From contig JBJXEM010000041.1 in the NCBI GenBank assembly GCA_046154225.1, positions 3,411 through 67,410 on the forward strand: DNA of 64,000 nt, read 5' to 3'. The notes below the pieces were generated by a model. That model saw nothing but the letters and a program-made list of their open reading frames with translations, had not been told where the DNA came from and searched no databases. Position numbers and translations under genes: made by a program. Positions 54,093-62,489 of this stretch are shown piece after piece (the stretch's first letter is position 1; every line of letters starts with the position of its first letter). This DNA is from Rickettsiales bacterium (lineage in GTDB: Bacteria; Pseudomonadota; Alphaproteobacteria; Rickettsiales; UBA3002).

Positions 54093-54413
54093 TTACGCCA
54101 CCAAGCCGTTCAACCACTCAACCAGCTGGCTTTTGGGCAGCGAGCCTACTTTGGTGCCAACCGGCTTGCCGTCCATGAACAAAATCATGGTGGGGATGCC
54201 GCGCACGCCGTATTTCTGCGGCGACTCGGGGTTGTTGTCGATATTCACTTTGGCGACGGTCAGTTTGCCTGCCATTTCGGTCGCGATTTCGTCGAGTACG
54301 GGGCCGATTTGTTTGCACGGGCCGCACCATTCTGCCCAGAAATCGACCAGAACCGGGCCTTTACCATTAATTTCGCCGTCGAATTCCGCGTCGGAAATAT
54401 GTTTGGTGGACAT
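54093..54413 (-). CDS. trxA: Thioredoxin
   Basis: VLVDFWAEWCGPCKQIGP active site in a 106-aa product. I chose the ATG at 54413; the longer ORF is rejected. Confidence 0.95.
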   Translation of the reverse strand: MSTKHISDAEFDGEINGKGPVLVDFWAEWCGPCKQIGPVLDEIATEMAGKLTVAKVNIDNNPESPQKYGVRGIPTMILFMDGKPVGTKVGSLPKSQLVEWLNGLVA

Positions 54414-54465
54414 GATATACCTCGTGAATGTTATACCGGTTAAATAGGCTTGGCGGCGCCCTGCG

Positions 54466-57400
54466 TCAAGCGGCAACGGGGGCTTCACCCATGACATTTT
54501 GGTAATGCCATGGCGTGGCGTCGAGCGCCGTATCGAGCCACATGAGCTGCGCCGTATGCGTCCATAAAATCGCAACGCGCACGGGGCGTTTAGGCTCGAG
54601 CTCCGCCACCAACGCGCGATAGGTTTTCAGTTGCAGCAGGTAAGCCAGCGGCACGTCAGCCGCCCGCCCCGGCACCTGCGGCCCGGTTTTATAATCGACA
54701 ATCACCCAGCCCTCCGGCGTATCCACCAGCAAATCAATCTGCCCGCGCGCGGTGATGCTGCGGTCATCCGCCATAAAACTGCCCGCCACCGTCACTTCCG
54801 GCAAGCGCGTGCCTTGCCACAAAAACGGATGCGCTGTCCGTAGCGCCTCGATTTCAGCGACGGCGACGCGCAAGGCTTCCTCCGTCCAGTCCGGGCTGGC
54901 GTGGCGCATCAACCGTGCAACATCTGCTTGCTCAGGCGAAGCCGCCAGCCATTGCAGCACCGCATGCATGCGCACCCCGCGCGCGCGACCGTCCGCATTG
55001 CCCGACACATAGTCGGAAGCGTGCGGAGCATCCGCTAGACGCGACGGGGCAGTGATGACTGCGCGGGTGGCAGGAATGGCTGGCGCTTCGCTAAGCCATG
55101 GCGGTAGTGGCTCGGTCTCTTTGGCAGTGATTTCCGTCATGCGAGTTTCAGGTCCCGTACCGTCGGCCAGCACCCATTGCTCATCTTGTTTTTTCGCACA
55201 GCTCGCTTGCAATCCCGCCGCCACGCTGTCGGCCCAGCTTTCGGGTTTGAATCCGCCTTTTTTGTCGGCCACGCCAAACACATACAGCTGGTCGCGGGCG
55301 CGGGTGAGTGCCACGTACAGCAGCCGTTGATATTCCGCGAGCAAAGCCTGTTTTTTTGCCTCTTTGGCCGCCACTAGTACCGGTGCCGCTTTAGCCTCGT
55401 CGGAAAGCGACAGCAGCGGCAATTGCGGGCCGCGTGTGGGATCGGTGAAAAACACCAATTCCTTCGCGGTGTTCGGCGGGCTAGCCATGTCGGCCAGTAG
55501 CACAATCGGGGCTTCAAGTCCCTTCGCGCCGTGCACGGTCATCACCCGCACGTGGCTGCCCGCCGCTTCGGCTTCGCGCTTGATGGTGCGGCGGCTGGTG
55601 CTCACGAAATCAACAAAATGCGCGAGCGTGGGCAGCACGTTTGGCGGCAGCATGGCGGCTTGCATTTTCAGCTCATCCAGCACTTCCTGCACTTCCTGCC
55701 CGAAGCGCGTGACGAAGCGGCGGCGTGCACCGTCCACCTCGAGCACCTGCGTCAGAAACGCGTAGGGCGACAGCGCGCTAAGGCTAAGCCAGTGCGCCAG
55801 TTTCGGCTCGTCGCACGCGCTCCATAAACTGCCGCTACGGCCATGGGCGAGCATCAGCAGCGCCTCTTCGCTGAGGCCGATCAGCGGTGAGCGCAGCACT
55901 TGTGCCAGTGCCACATCATCGGCGGTGTTGCCGCACCATGCCATCAACGCCAACAGGTCGCGCACGGCTAAATGCTCTGCCAGCACCAGCCGGTCGAGCC
56001 CGGCCACCGGCACGTTACGGCGCTCGAGCGCGCGCAGCAGCGGCAGCATGAGGGGCTTTCGTTTGTGCAGCAGAATCAGCACGTCGCCCGCCGGGTGTCC
56101 CGCATCCAGCAGTGCGCGCACTTGCACGGCCATCGCGTCGGCCATGGCGGCAGCGAGGCTTTGGCGCGGCGGGTAATGGGTGGGCATGGTAAGTGGTGGC
56201 AGTTTTTCGCTTTCCGGCGCGGCGATGGGCGGATGCAGCACTACCTGTCCCGTCGCATCGGCGCGGTGTAATTGGTGCGCGGCCACCTCGCCCACACTGC
56301 TTAAGGCTGGTGCCACATGCGGCAACGCGGCCACCGCATCGACGAGTGTCAGCACGCACGAGGCCGAACGATACGAAACGGCTAGCGTACGCTCGGCAAG
56401 GGGCGCTTCGCTGCCGTCGAGCATGGCGTGAAATTCGCTTTGTTGGCTGGCAAACAGCGCCGGGGCCGCGCCCTGAAAACTGTAAATGGATTGCTTTTCG
56501 TCGCCCACCACCAGCAGGCTGCGCGGCAACCCGCCCGAACCGATGCCGCCCGCATTGGCAATCAATTCCTCGACCAGCACGCGCGCAATGCTCCATTGCG
56601 CGGCGCTGGTGTCCTGCGCTTCGTCGATGAGCAGATGGTCGATGCGGTGGTCGAGTTTTTCCATCACCCAACCCAGCATACCGGGGTTGGCCAGCAACTG
56701 CGTGGCGCGGGCGATGAGGTCGTCGTAATCGAGCGCCATGGCTTCGGCTTTGGCCTGCGCATATAAATCGAGCAGCACGCGTGCGAGTTGTGCCATGGCG
56801 AATGTTTCTTCGGCACAGGCAATGCCCGCGCATTGTTGGCGGTAGCGATAGCATTCCTCGACCATCCGCTCCATCCAGCGTCGCAGCGGCGCGTCGGGTG
56901 TGTAATCTTTGGGCAGCAACCTGCTGCGCGGTTCGCCCTCTTTTGTCAGGAATAACTGGCAAAAATCGTCGCGCAATGGGGCGCGCGCCTCTGCCGAAGT
57001 TTCCAGCCAGCGCGCAAGTACCACCGCCTCTTTTGGCTTAAGTTCCATGAAACGCGGCAGCTCGGCGCGCAGCATCGCTGCATCGTCTGCGTTGATCATT
57101 GCATCGAACGCCGCGTCGAGTTTTTCGCGACTGAGGCCCGTTACGTCGTGAAGTTCTACCAAGCGCTTGCGCAGCAGCTGCGGCGTCGTGTGCGCCCAAA
57201 CCACCGACCACGCCGCGCGGTCGCGGGTGATGGCTTGCGTCCACTGGCTGAAACGCTGCTCGCCCATGCGGTTGCCGATGAGGGCGAGCGCTTCGCGCAG
57301 CGTGGTATCAGCACCTTCAAACCCCATCAGCAACCGATTGCGGGCGCGGCGTTGCAGCGAGGCGGCCTGTGCGTCATCGAGCACGGTGAAATGCGGCGAG

Positions 57401-57786
57401 ATGCCCGATTCCAGCGGAAAACGCTGTAACAAACTTTGGCAAAACCCATGAATAGTGGTGAGTTGCGGGCCGCCGCTCGGACTATCCAGCACCCGTGAAA
57501 AAAGGCCCTGAGCGTGGGTTTTAAGCGCTGGGGTTGCGGCAACGCCTGTGAGTTTTTCAAGCGTGGCTCGTCGCGATTCAGGGCTCGCCAACATCAGTTT
57601 ATCGCGCAGGAACGAAAGCACCCGCGCGCGCATTTCACTCGCCGCCGCTTTGGTGTAGGTGATGCAACAAATGCGCTCGGGCTCGGCGCCCATCAGCATT
57701 AACGTCACCACCCGCTCGGTGAGCGCGGTGGTTTTGCCGCTACCTGCGTTTGCGCTAATCCATAGAGAATTTAAATTATGATTCAA
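54466..57786 (-). CDS. addA: Double-strand break repair helicase AddA (UvrD-like helicase + C-terminal PD-(D/E)xK nuclease)
   Basis: ISANAGSGKTTALTERV (Walker A), LLIDEAQDTS, VGDEKQSIYSFQGA, VMTVHGAKGLEAP and the C-terminal GQIDLLV...VIVDYKTG nuclease motif. The addA-trxA order is typical of Alphaproteobacteria. Confidence 0.9.
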   Translation of the reverse strand: MNHNLNSLWISANAGSGKTTALTERVVTLMLMGAEPERICCITYTKAAASEMRARVLSFLRDKLMLASPESRRATLEKLTGVAATPALKTHAQGLFSRVLDSPSGGPQLTTIHGFCQSLLQRFPLESGISPHFTVLDDAQAASLQRRARNRLLMGFEGADTTLREALALIGNRMGEQRFSQWTQAITRDRAAWSVVWAHTTPQLLRKRLVELHDVTGLSREKLDAAFDAMINADDAAMLRAELPRFMELKPKEAVVLARWLETSAEARAPLRDDFCQLFLTKEGEPRSRLLPKDYTPDAPLRRWMERMVEECYRYRQQCAGIACAEETFAMAQLARVLLDLYAQAKAEAMALDYDDLIARATQLLANPGMLGWVMEKLDHRIDHLLIDEAQDTSAAQWSIARVLVEELIANAGGIGSGGLPRSLLVVGDEKQSIYSFQGAAPALFASQQSEFHAMLDGSEAPLAERTLAVSYRSASCVLTLVDAVAALPHVAPALSSVGEVAAHQLHRADATGQVVLHPPIAAPESEKLPPLTMPTHYPPRQSLAAAMADAMAVQVRALLDAGHPAGDVLILLHKRKPLMLPLLRALERRNVPVAGLDRLVLAEHLAVRDLLALMAWCGNTADDVALAQVLRSPLIGLSEEALLMLAHGRSGSLWSACDEPKLAHWLSLSALSPYAFLTQVLEVDGARRRFVTRFGQEVQEVLDELKMQAAMLPPNVLPTLAHFVDFVSTSRRTIKREAEAAGSHVRVMTVHGAKGLEAPIVLLADMASPPNTAKELVFFTDPTRGPQLPLLSLSDEAKAAPVLVAAKEAKKQALLAEYQRLLYVALTRARDQLYVFGVADKKGGFKPESWADSVAAGLQASCAKKQDEQWVLADGTGPETRMTEITAKETEPLPPWLSEAPAIPATRAVITAPSRLADAPHASDYVSGNADGRARGVRMHAVLQWLAASPEQADVARLMRHASPDWTEEALRVAVAEIEALRTAHPFLWQGTRLPEVTVAGSFMADDRSITARGQIDLLVDTPEGWVIVDYKTGPQVPGRAADVPLAYLLQLKTYRALVAELEPKRPVRVAILWTHTAQLMWLDTALDATPWHYQNVMGEAPVAA

Positions 57787-58008
57787 TGGTTAACCTAATT
57801 TGAATAAACATTCATTTTTATAAAAATCGTATCCGCAACGCGGCACTTCGGGCCCGAGTTTAGGCCCGCACCGCGCCGACTTAAAGCATAATCTGCAGTG
57901 GGTTTTTTCGCACTTTGTTAACCAAATATTTACCGCTTTTACGGTACACTGGCTTTAAGAACAAAAAACGTCTGGCCCACGGCCACCCAAAGCTAGAAGG
58001 AAACACCC

Positions 58009-58443
58009 ATGTCGCGCATCGCTGCCCAGCCACGCCCGCCCGAAAACCAGCTTTTGTTTCTGCCCGGCGTGTTTAACGAAACATTGGGCCTGCTGTTCGA
58101 TGCCCACCAGTATTTCCAATCGCGCGGGGCTGACGACCAAAGCCAGATCCCTGAGGAAGCCCGCCCGGTATACGCCCATGAAATGACCCGCGTAACCATG
58201 CGCTTAACCAGCGTAATGGCTTGGATTATGGTGCGCCGCGCTGTGTATGCGGGCCGCATCGAGGAAGAAAAAGCCAGTGATTCCTATCGGCTTGACGGGG
58301 TAGACGTGTGCATGGAGCACCACCCCGACGTGCTGTCGGCGATGCCGCATTATCTGGGTTATCTGTCCGATCGCAGCCACGAGCTGTACACCCGCGTCCA
58401 CCGCCTCGACCGGATGGCTTACGGTGAGTCGAAGCCGCATTAA
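58009..58443 (+). CDS. rcdA: DUF1465 protein (RcdA-type adaptor, regulator of CtrA degradation)
   Basis: FNETLGLLFDAHQYF...YAHEMTRVTMRLTSVMAWIMVRRAV in a 144-aa product. The AGGAAA SD lies upstream. Confidence 0.7.
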   Translation: MSRIAAQPRPPENQLLFLPGVFNETLGLLFDAHQYFQSRGADDQSQIPEEARPVYAHEMTRVTMRLTSVMAWIMVRRAVYAGRIEEEKASDSYRLDGVDVCMEHHPDVLSAMPHYLGYLSDRSHELYTRVHRLDRMAYGESKPH

Positions 58444-58532
58444 GCCCAGCTCAATCCATAAATTCACAAAACTGTCACAAACGTGACGATCCAACACTGC
58501 TATAGTTAGCATGAAAAATTGTTGGAACTTTT

Positions 58533-59588
58533 ATGGCCACGACGACAACGCCGAATTCCGAACTGCCCGACACCGAGGCCGACGCCGCGGCGGATACGCA
58601 TATCACCGTCAATAACAACCCACGCAACATCCCTGCCCCCAATTTTACGGCTGGCACCGCGAACACGACCAGCCACCGCTACGGCGAAGAAACCCTGAAT
58701 GAAGTAGCGGACGAAGCATCCGTCACGCCTACCGCTGGCGGCTCGCACATCAACTGGGGACAAGTCATCAAGGGCGTGGCGATTGTCACTGCCGCCGTGG
58801 TTGCTGTGGCAGTCGTTTACACCTGGGCCCCGGTATTGATAGCCAACGGATTGACTGCCCTCAATACCAGCCCGGTGTTTGGCCCAATCATTGGCGCATT
58901 ACACTCAGGCGCGATATGGGGCATTCACGCGTTGTCGGAAGCCGCCACGATTGCGGGTTCGTTCTTCTCTACCCTGTGGGCGGCGGTTGCGCCTGCTGCA
59001 GGGTCGGCAACTACCGCAGCCCTCGTTCCGGCCCAAATTACGGCCGCTGGTAATGCGCTGGGCGTAGTGGCAACCGGCGGGGCAGTTGCCGCGAGCGTAG
59101 CAGTCGCCGCCCCGGCTATCGGCCATCTGCATTTGGTAGATCACAACACGCTGACGAGCGCTGCCATGCCGCCGCACGATGGTGGCGCAAGTGCAAGCCT
59201 TGCTGGCGGCGCTACGCCCGACAGCAGCTTCGCCGACATGCTGAGCTACAAAAAAGCCGCGCTGGCCGACGCATTGCATCAAAGCAGCGCCAGCAACATC
59301 GAAACCGCGCACCATTCGGTCGACCTCGCACACCGCAACACGCACGAACATCTCGGCGCCGAATCGCCGGATGCACCCGGCCCACACGCCGCCCAAAACG
59401 AGCGCCGCACCCGTGCCAACCTGCTGCGGGCCCAAAAAGCGCAGGAAAACTGGGTGGAGCGCGTCGGCGACACTGGTGCTGCCGCCAGCAAATCCACGGC
59501 CATTACCCCGCGCGACGCCAGCTTCAGCAAACAGGTCGATCTCGATGCCGCCAAGCTGAACGAAGCCCTCGCGGCACCCAGCGTTTAA
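58533..59588 (+). CDS. Hypothetical Ala/Thr-rich membrane protein (orphan)
   Basis: A 351-aa ORF with an acidic/Thr-rich N-terminus. It has about 4 predicted TM helices (VIKGVAIVTAAVVAVAVVYTWAPVLIANGL, GPIIGALHSGAIWGI, IAGSFFSTLWAAV, LGVVATGGAVAASVAVAAPAI) and a charged C-terminal third. I recognised no family. Confidence 0.5.
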   Translation: MATTTTPNSELPDTEADAAADTHITVNNNPRNIPAPNFTAGTANTTSHRYGEETLNEVADEASVTPTAGGSHINWGQVIKGVAIVTAAVVAVAVVYTWAPVLIANGLTALNTSPVFGPIIGALHSGAIWGIHALSEAATIAGSFFSTLWAAVAPAAGSATTAALVPAQITAAGNALGVVATGGAVAASVAVAAPAIGHLHLVDHNTLTSAAMPPHDGGASASLAGGATPDSSFADMLSYKKAALADALHQSSASNIETAHHSVDLAHRNTHEHLGAESPDAPGPHAAQNERRTRANLLRAQKAQENWVERVGDTGAAASKSTAITPRDASFSKQVDLDAAKLNEALAAPSV

Positions 59589-59702
59589 TTCGCGGGCCGT
59601 CATCAATTTGTCATAAAAATCCCCCCGCACTGTCACAGAACCGTAACAATCACGTGGTATAACGGAAAGTAAGGACAAATACCTTCGCACGGGGATTTAA
59701 AA

Positions 59703-59999
59703 ATGACTGTTACCATCAGTGAAATTGGGAAACGCAAACTCGAGCAGGCTGGCTTTGCGTACAAAGACCAGCCGCGTGACGTGCACGTCGGCGCACTCAT
59801 CAAAGAGCAGCAAGATATTTTCCAAGCTGCGATTAAGAAGTTGGACTTTGTGACCGTGCCCGAAGAACAAAAAACACCCGCAGGTATTGGTATGTTTAAA
59901 GGTGGTTACACCGAAATCATGGCCGGCTGCTTGGGCTACAAAAAAGCAAATCCCGGTTTATTTACTGCAGAGTGCCTTACTGAAGCCCGTGTAAAATAA
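59703..59999 (+). CDS. Hypothetical 98-aa protein (orphan)
   Basis: The ORF is followed by a clean terminator, and GGGGATTT lies upstream of the ATG as a possible weak SD. I recognised no family. Confidence 0.5.
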   Translation: MTVTISEIGKRKLEQAGFAYKDQPRDVHVGALIKEQQDIFQAAIKKLDFVTVPEEQKTPAGIGMFKGGYTEIMAGCLGYKKANPGLFTAECLTEARVK

Positions 60000-60024
60000 C
60001 CGATTCGCATTTAAAAATAAAAAA

Positions 60025-60046
60025 GGGCGCCACTGGCGCCTTTTTT
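60025..60046. terminator. Rho-independent terminator (bidirectional: A-run / GGCGCC-act-GGCGCC / T-run)
   Basis: ATAAAAAAGGGCGCCACTGGCGCCTTTTTTAT, immediately after the 59703 ORF and downstream of phaR on the other strand. Confidence 0.8.
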
Positions 60047-60068
60047 ATTACCCTTCGCCCGCCCCATT

Positions 60069-60156
60069 CGTCATCCCCGCGAAGGCGGGGATCTCGCAGG
60101 GCACATGAACCGCAGTGTTTTATGAAGCCGAGATTCCCGCCTGCGCGGGAATGACG
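60069..60156. repeat. MITE-like palindromic element (CGTCATCCCCGCGAAGGCGGGGATC ... GATTCCCGCCTGCGCGGGAATGACG type)
   Basis: Terminal inverted repeats, each with an internal GC hairpin. It lies between the terminator and the phaR stop. Confidence 0.75.
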
Positions 60157-60197
60157 CTTAGGGGGCGTGGTTTAAAATAACCAATACCCTATTGCGC

Positions 60198-60695
60198 CTA
60201 CTTCTTCTTCGGCGCTTCCGCACCGGTAAACGGCGTGAACATTTCAAACGCTTTGGTGAAAAGCTCCATGTTCTGTTTGCCGATTTCTTCGAGTTGCTGC
60301 GCCACCTGGCCGAAGCTGCCGACGGAGCCCATGCCCATCAACTCGCGCATTTTTTCCTGGTTGCCGTGGAAGCTGGCCATGCTGGATTCGAGGTAATGCG
60401 GCAGTAAATCTTTCAGGCTGTTGTCGTAGAACCCGATGACCGAGCGCAGGAAGTTCACCGGCAGCAATTGTTCGCCGCCCGAGGATTCCTGCTCGAAAAT
60501 GATTTGGCTGAGCACTTGGCGGGTTAAATCTTCGCCCGATTTCGCGTCGAACACGATGAAATCCGCGCCCTCTTTCACCATGTCGCACAAATCGGCGAGG
60601 GTGACGTAGCTGGAGGTGTCGGTGTTGTACAACCGGCGATTGGCGTATTTTTTGATGACAATTGGCTCGGGCTGGTTCGGTTTTTTCGACATCAC
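60198..60695 (-). CDS. phaR: Polyhydroxyalkanoate synthesis repressor PhaR
   Basis: IKKYANRRLYNTDTSSYVTLADLCDMVKEG and FIVFDAKSGEDLTRQVLSQIIFEQE match the PhaR N-terminal domains. Confidence 0.9.
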   Translation of the reverse strand: MMSKKPNQPEPIVIKKYANRRLYNTDTSSYVTLADLCDMVKEGADFIVFDAKSGEDLTRQVLSQIIFEQESSGGEQLLPVNFLRSVIGFYDNSLKDLLPHYLESSMASFHGNQEKMRELMGMGSVGSFGQVAQQLEEIGKQNMELFTKAFEMFTPFTGAEAPKKK

Positions 60696-60911
60696 AGTTC
60701 CTTTACTCCAAGTTTTGCTTTATTCGAATGCCTGACCCTCCTAGCATCCTCACACAGTTATTGGCAAGTATCATGGCACGGCAGACGGATAGCAAGCAGC
60801 GCGCGGCGGAATTTCTTCGCCAATGGCAGGAGCAAGTCACGCGCAGCCTAAGCGACCCCGATGCGATTCGCACCATGATGGCCGCCATGCAAAGCTTCAC
60901 AGGACCCGCCC

Positions 60912-62252
60912 ATGATGCAAGCCCCATCCGCCCTGCCCCTGCAACTGATGCTGGCGATGCTGCAATCGGGGATCTCGCCCGGCGGCTGGCCAAGCTCGAG
61001 CGCGCCGTGGCAAAACTCGCTGCATCCGTTCTTTCCGTGGATGCCAAAACCAAAAACCCCGCTGGAACAGGGAATCGACGCCGCGCAAAACCTGTGGCAA
61101 AACGGGCTGGAGCAGTGGCAAAGCCAAAGCGACGCGTGGTTAAAAAGCGTCAGCCTGCAAAGCGCCGTACAGCAAAAGCCCAACGAAAAAAATAGCCAGC
61201 CATTCGCCGACTTCTTCGACCCAGAATTCATCACCAGCCTCACTCAGCAAGCCAGCGAAAGCAGCACTGCGTTTCTTGAGGGCATTAGCGCCTATGTCGC
61301 GAGCGATTACGAGCGGCCGCAGCGGCATTACGAAGTGTTGTGGCAACGTGGCAGCGCGCAGCTTTTCGACCTCGCACCTGAGCGCACCGAGGGGTTAGCG
61401 GTGCTGTGCGTGCCCTCACTCATCAACCGCTCGACGATTCTGGATTTATATCCCGGCAATAGCTTAGTCGATTACCTCGCCGAGCAAGGTTTTCGCCCAC
61501 TGCTACTGGATTGGGGCAGCCCCAACGCTGACGAGCAGGATTTCACCACCGCCGATTACATTACCAGCTACGCGATTGATGCCTTGCATTGCTTACGCGA
61601 AAACCATGAAGGGCCCATTGCACTCGTCGGCTATTGCATGGGTGGCATTTTCACGACGGCCATGGCGCAGCTCGCGCCGCTGTTTGCCGATGCGCTGGTA
61701 CTGCTCGCCACCCCTTGGGATTTCGCCGCGAAAGACACTCCGCGCGTGCTGCACGACGTGCCCACGCAATTGATGTTCCGCCAATGGATCGCCGCGCAAA
61801 ACCCCGTGCCACCGATGGTAACGCAAACATTGTTCCACCTGATCGACCCATGGCATGTGCAACGCAAATACGCGCGCTATCCGCTGCTCAACCCCGCTGA
61901 GCGCCAGCATTTTTTGGCCATCGAGCAATGGGTGAATGACGGCGTGCCCCTGCCCGCCCGCGTCGCCGAGGAATGTTTTATCGACTGGCCGCAAGGCAAT
62001 ATTCTGGCCGAGCATAAGTGGAAAGTGGGCCGTCGCTGGATTGAACCGGCCAGTATCACCTGCCCCAGCATCGCATTCATTCCCGAGCATGATCTGGTCG
62101 TCCCCAAAGGCTGCGCCCTGCCGCTCACCAAAGTCCTCAAACGCTGCGACGTACGCTATCCCAAAGCGGGGCATGTCAGCATGGTAGCCGGCAAAAACGC
62201 ACGGGCTGAGTTGTGGGAACCACTAGCCGCGTGGCTCACCCAAAAATTCTAG
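60912..62252 (+). CDS. phaC: PHA synthase-like alpha/beta hydrolase (Cys lipase box); the 5' end is uncertain (see findings)
   Basis: GYCMGG (G-x-C-x-G box), IPEHDLVVP (Asp region) and KAGHVSMVAG (His region). The gene lies between phaR and phaA-phaB. Confidence 0.65.
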   Translation: MMQAPSALPLQLMLAMLQSGISPGGWPSSSAPWQNSLHPFFPWMPKPKTPLEQGIDAAQNLWQNGLEQWQSQSDAWLKSVSLQSAVQQKPNEKNSQPFADFFDPEFITSLTQQASESSTAFLEGISAYVASDYERPQRHYEVLWQRGSAQLFDLAPERTEGLAVLCVPSLINRSTILDLYPGNSLVDYLAEQGFRPLLLDWGSPNADEQDFTTADYITSYAIDALHCLRENHEGPIALVGYCMGGIFTTAMAQLAPLFADALVLLATPWDFAAKDTPRVLHDVPTQLMFRQWIAAQNPVPPMVTQTLFHLIDPWHVQRKYARYPLLNPAERQHFLAIEQWVNDGVPLPARVAEECFIDWPQGNILAEHKWKVGRRWIEPASITCPSIAFIPEHDLVVPKGCALPLTKVLKRCDVRYPKAGHVSMVAGKNARAELWEPLAAWLTQKF

Positions 62253-62333
62253 TGCAGCGCACACCAAGCCACTCGACAACCTGCGATTGCCCGCCTACAT
62301 ACGGCGCACGAAAATGGCAAAGCCCAACAGTTT

Positions 62334-62453
62334 GTCATCCCGGCCCCCGAGCCGGGATCCAGCAAAGCGCCGTCTGGCGCTTAATGACTACCGCCGTAGT
62401 TATTCTGCCGCAGACGCGGCTTGTGCTGGATGCCGGGTCAAGCCCGGCATGAC
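62334..62453. repeat. MITE-like palindromic element (GTCATCC...GCATGAC family)
   Basis: GTCATCCCGGCCCCCGAGCCGGGATCCAGCAAAGCGCCGTCTGGCG ... GCTGGATGCCGGGTCAAGCCCGGCATGAC. Confidence 0.8.
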
Positions 62454-62489
62454 AAATAATAGGTTTTTGCCCAACATAGGGAGACCACT

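Noticed and set aside
56015-56962. A 315-aa Arg/Ala/Gly-rich same-strand ORF in an alternative reading frame inside addA. Similar long shadow ORFs run antisense to their host genes: 22335..23120 and 22540..22926 in fliF, 25985..26569 in flbD, 44253..45038 in aroA, 47424..48545 and 46901..47563 in rpsA, 62400..63539 in phaA, and 23908..24708 in fliG.
   Set aside because: These are typical out-of-frame or antisense open frames of GC-rich coding DNA. Their composition is low-complexity and Arg/Ala/Gly/Ser-biased, I recognised no motifs in them, and each lies fully inside a gene with strong family signatures.
60662-61195. A 177-aa ORF whose C-terminus (AKPVAKRAGAVAKPKRRVVKKRQPAKRRTAKAQRKK) resembles the histone-like tails of PHA-granule proteins (PhaF/PhaM type), located between phaR and phaC.
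   Set aside because: Within the overlap with the phaC-like frame (60912-61195), third-position G/C is only about 46% in this frame against about 73% in the phaC-like frame. The basic tail is therefore best explained as an out-of-frame shadow. Only the 60775-60910 portion looks coding; it is reported as a finding.
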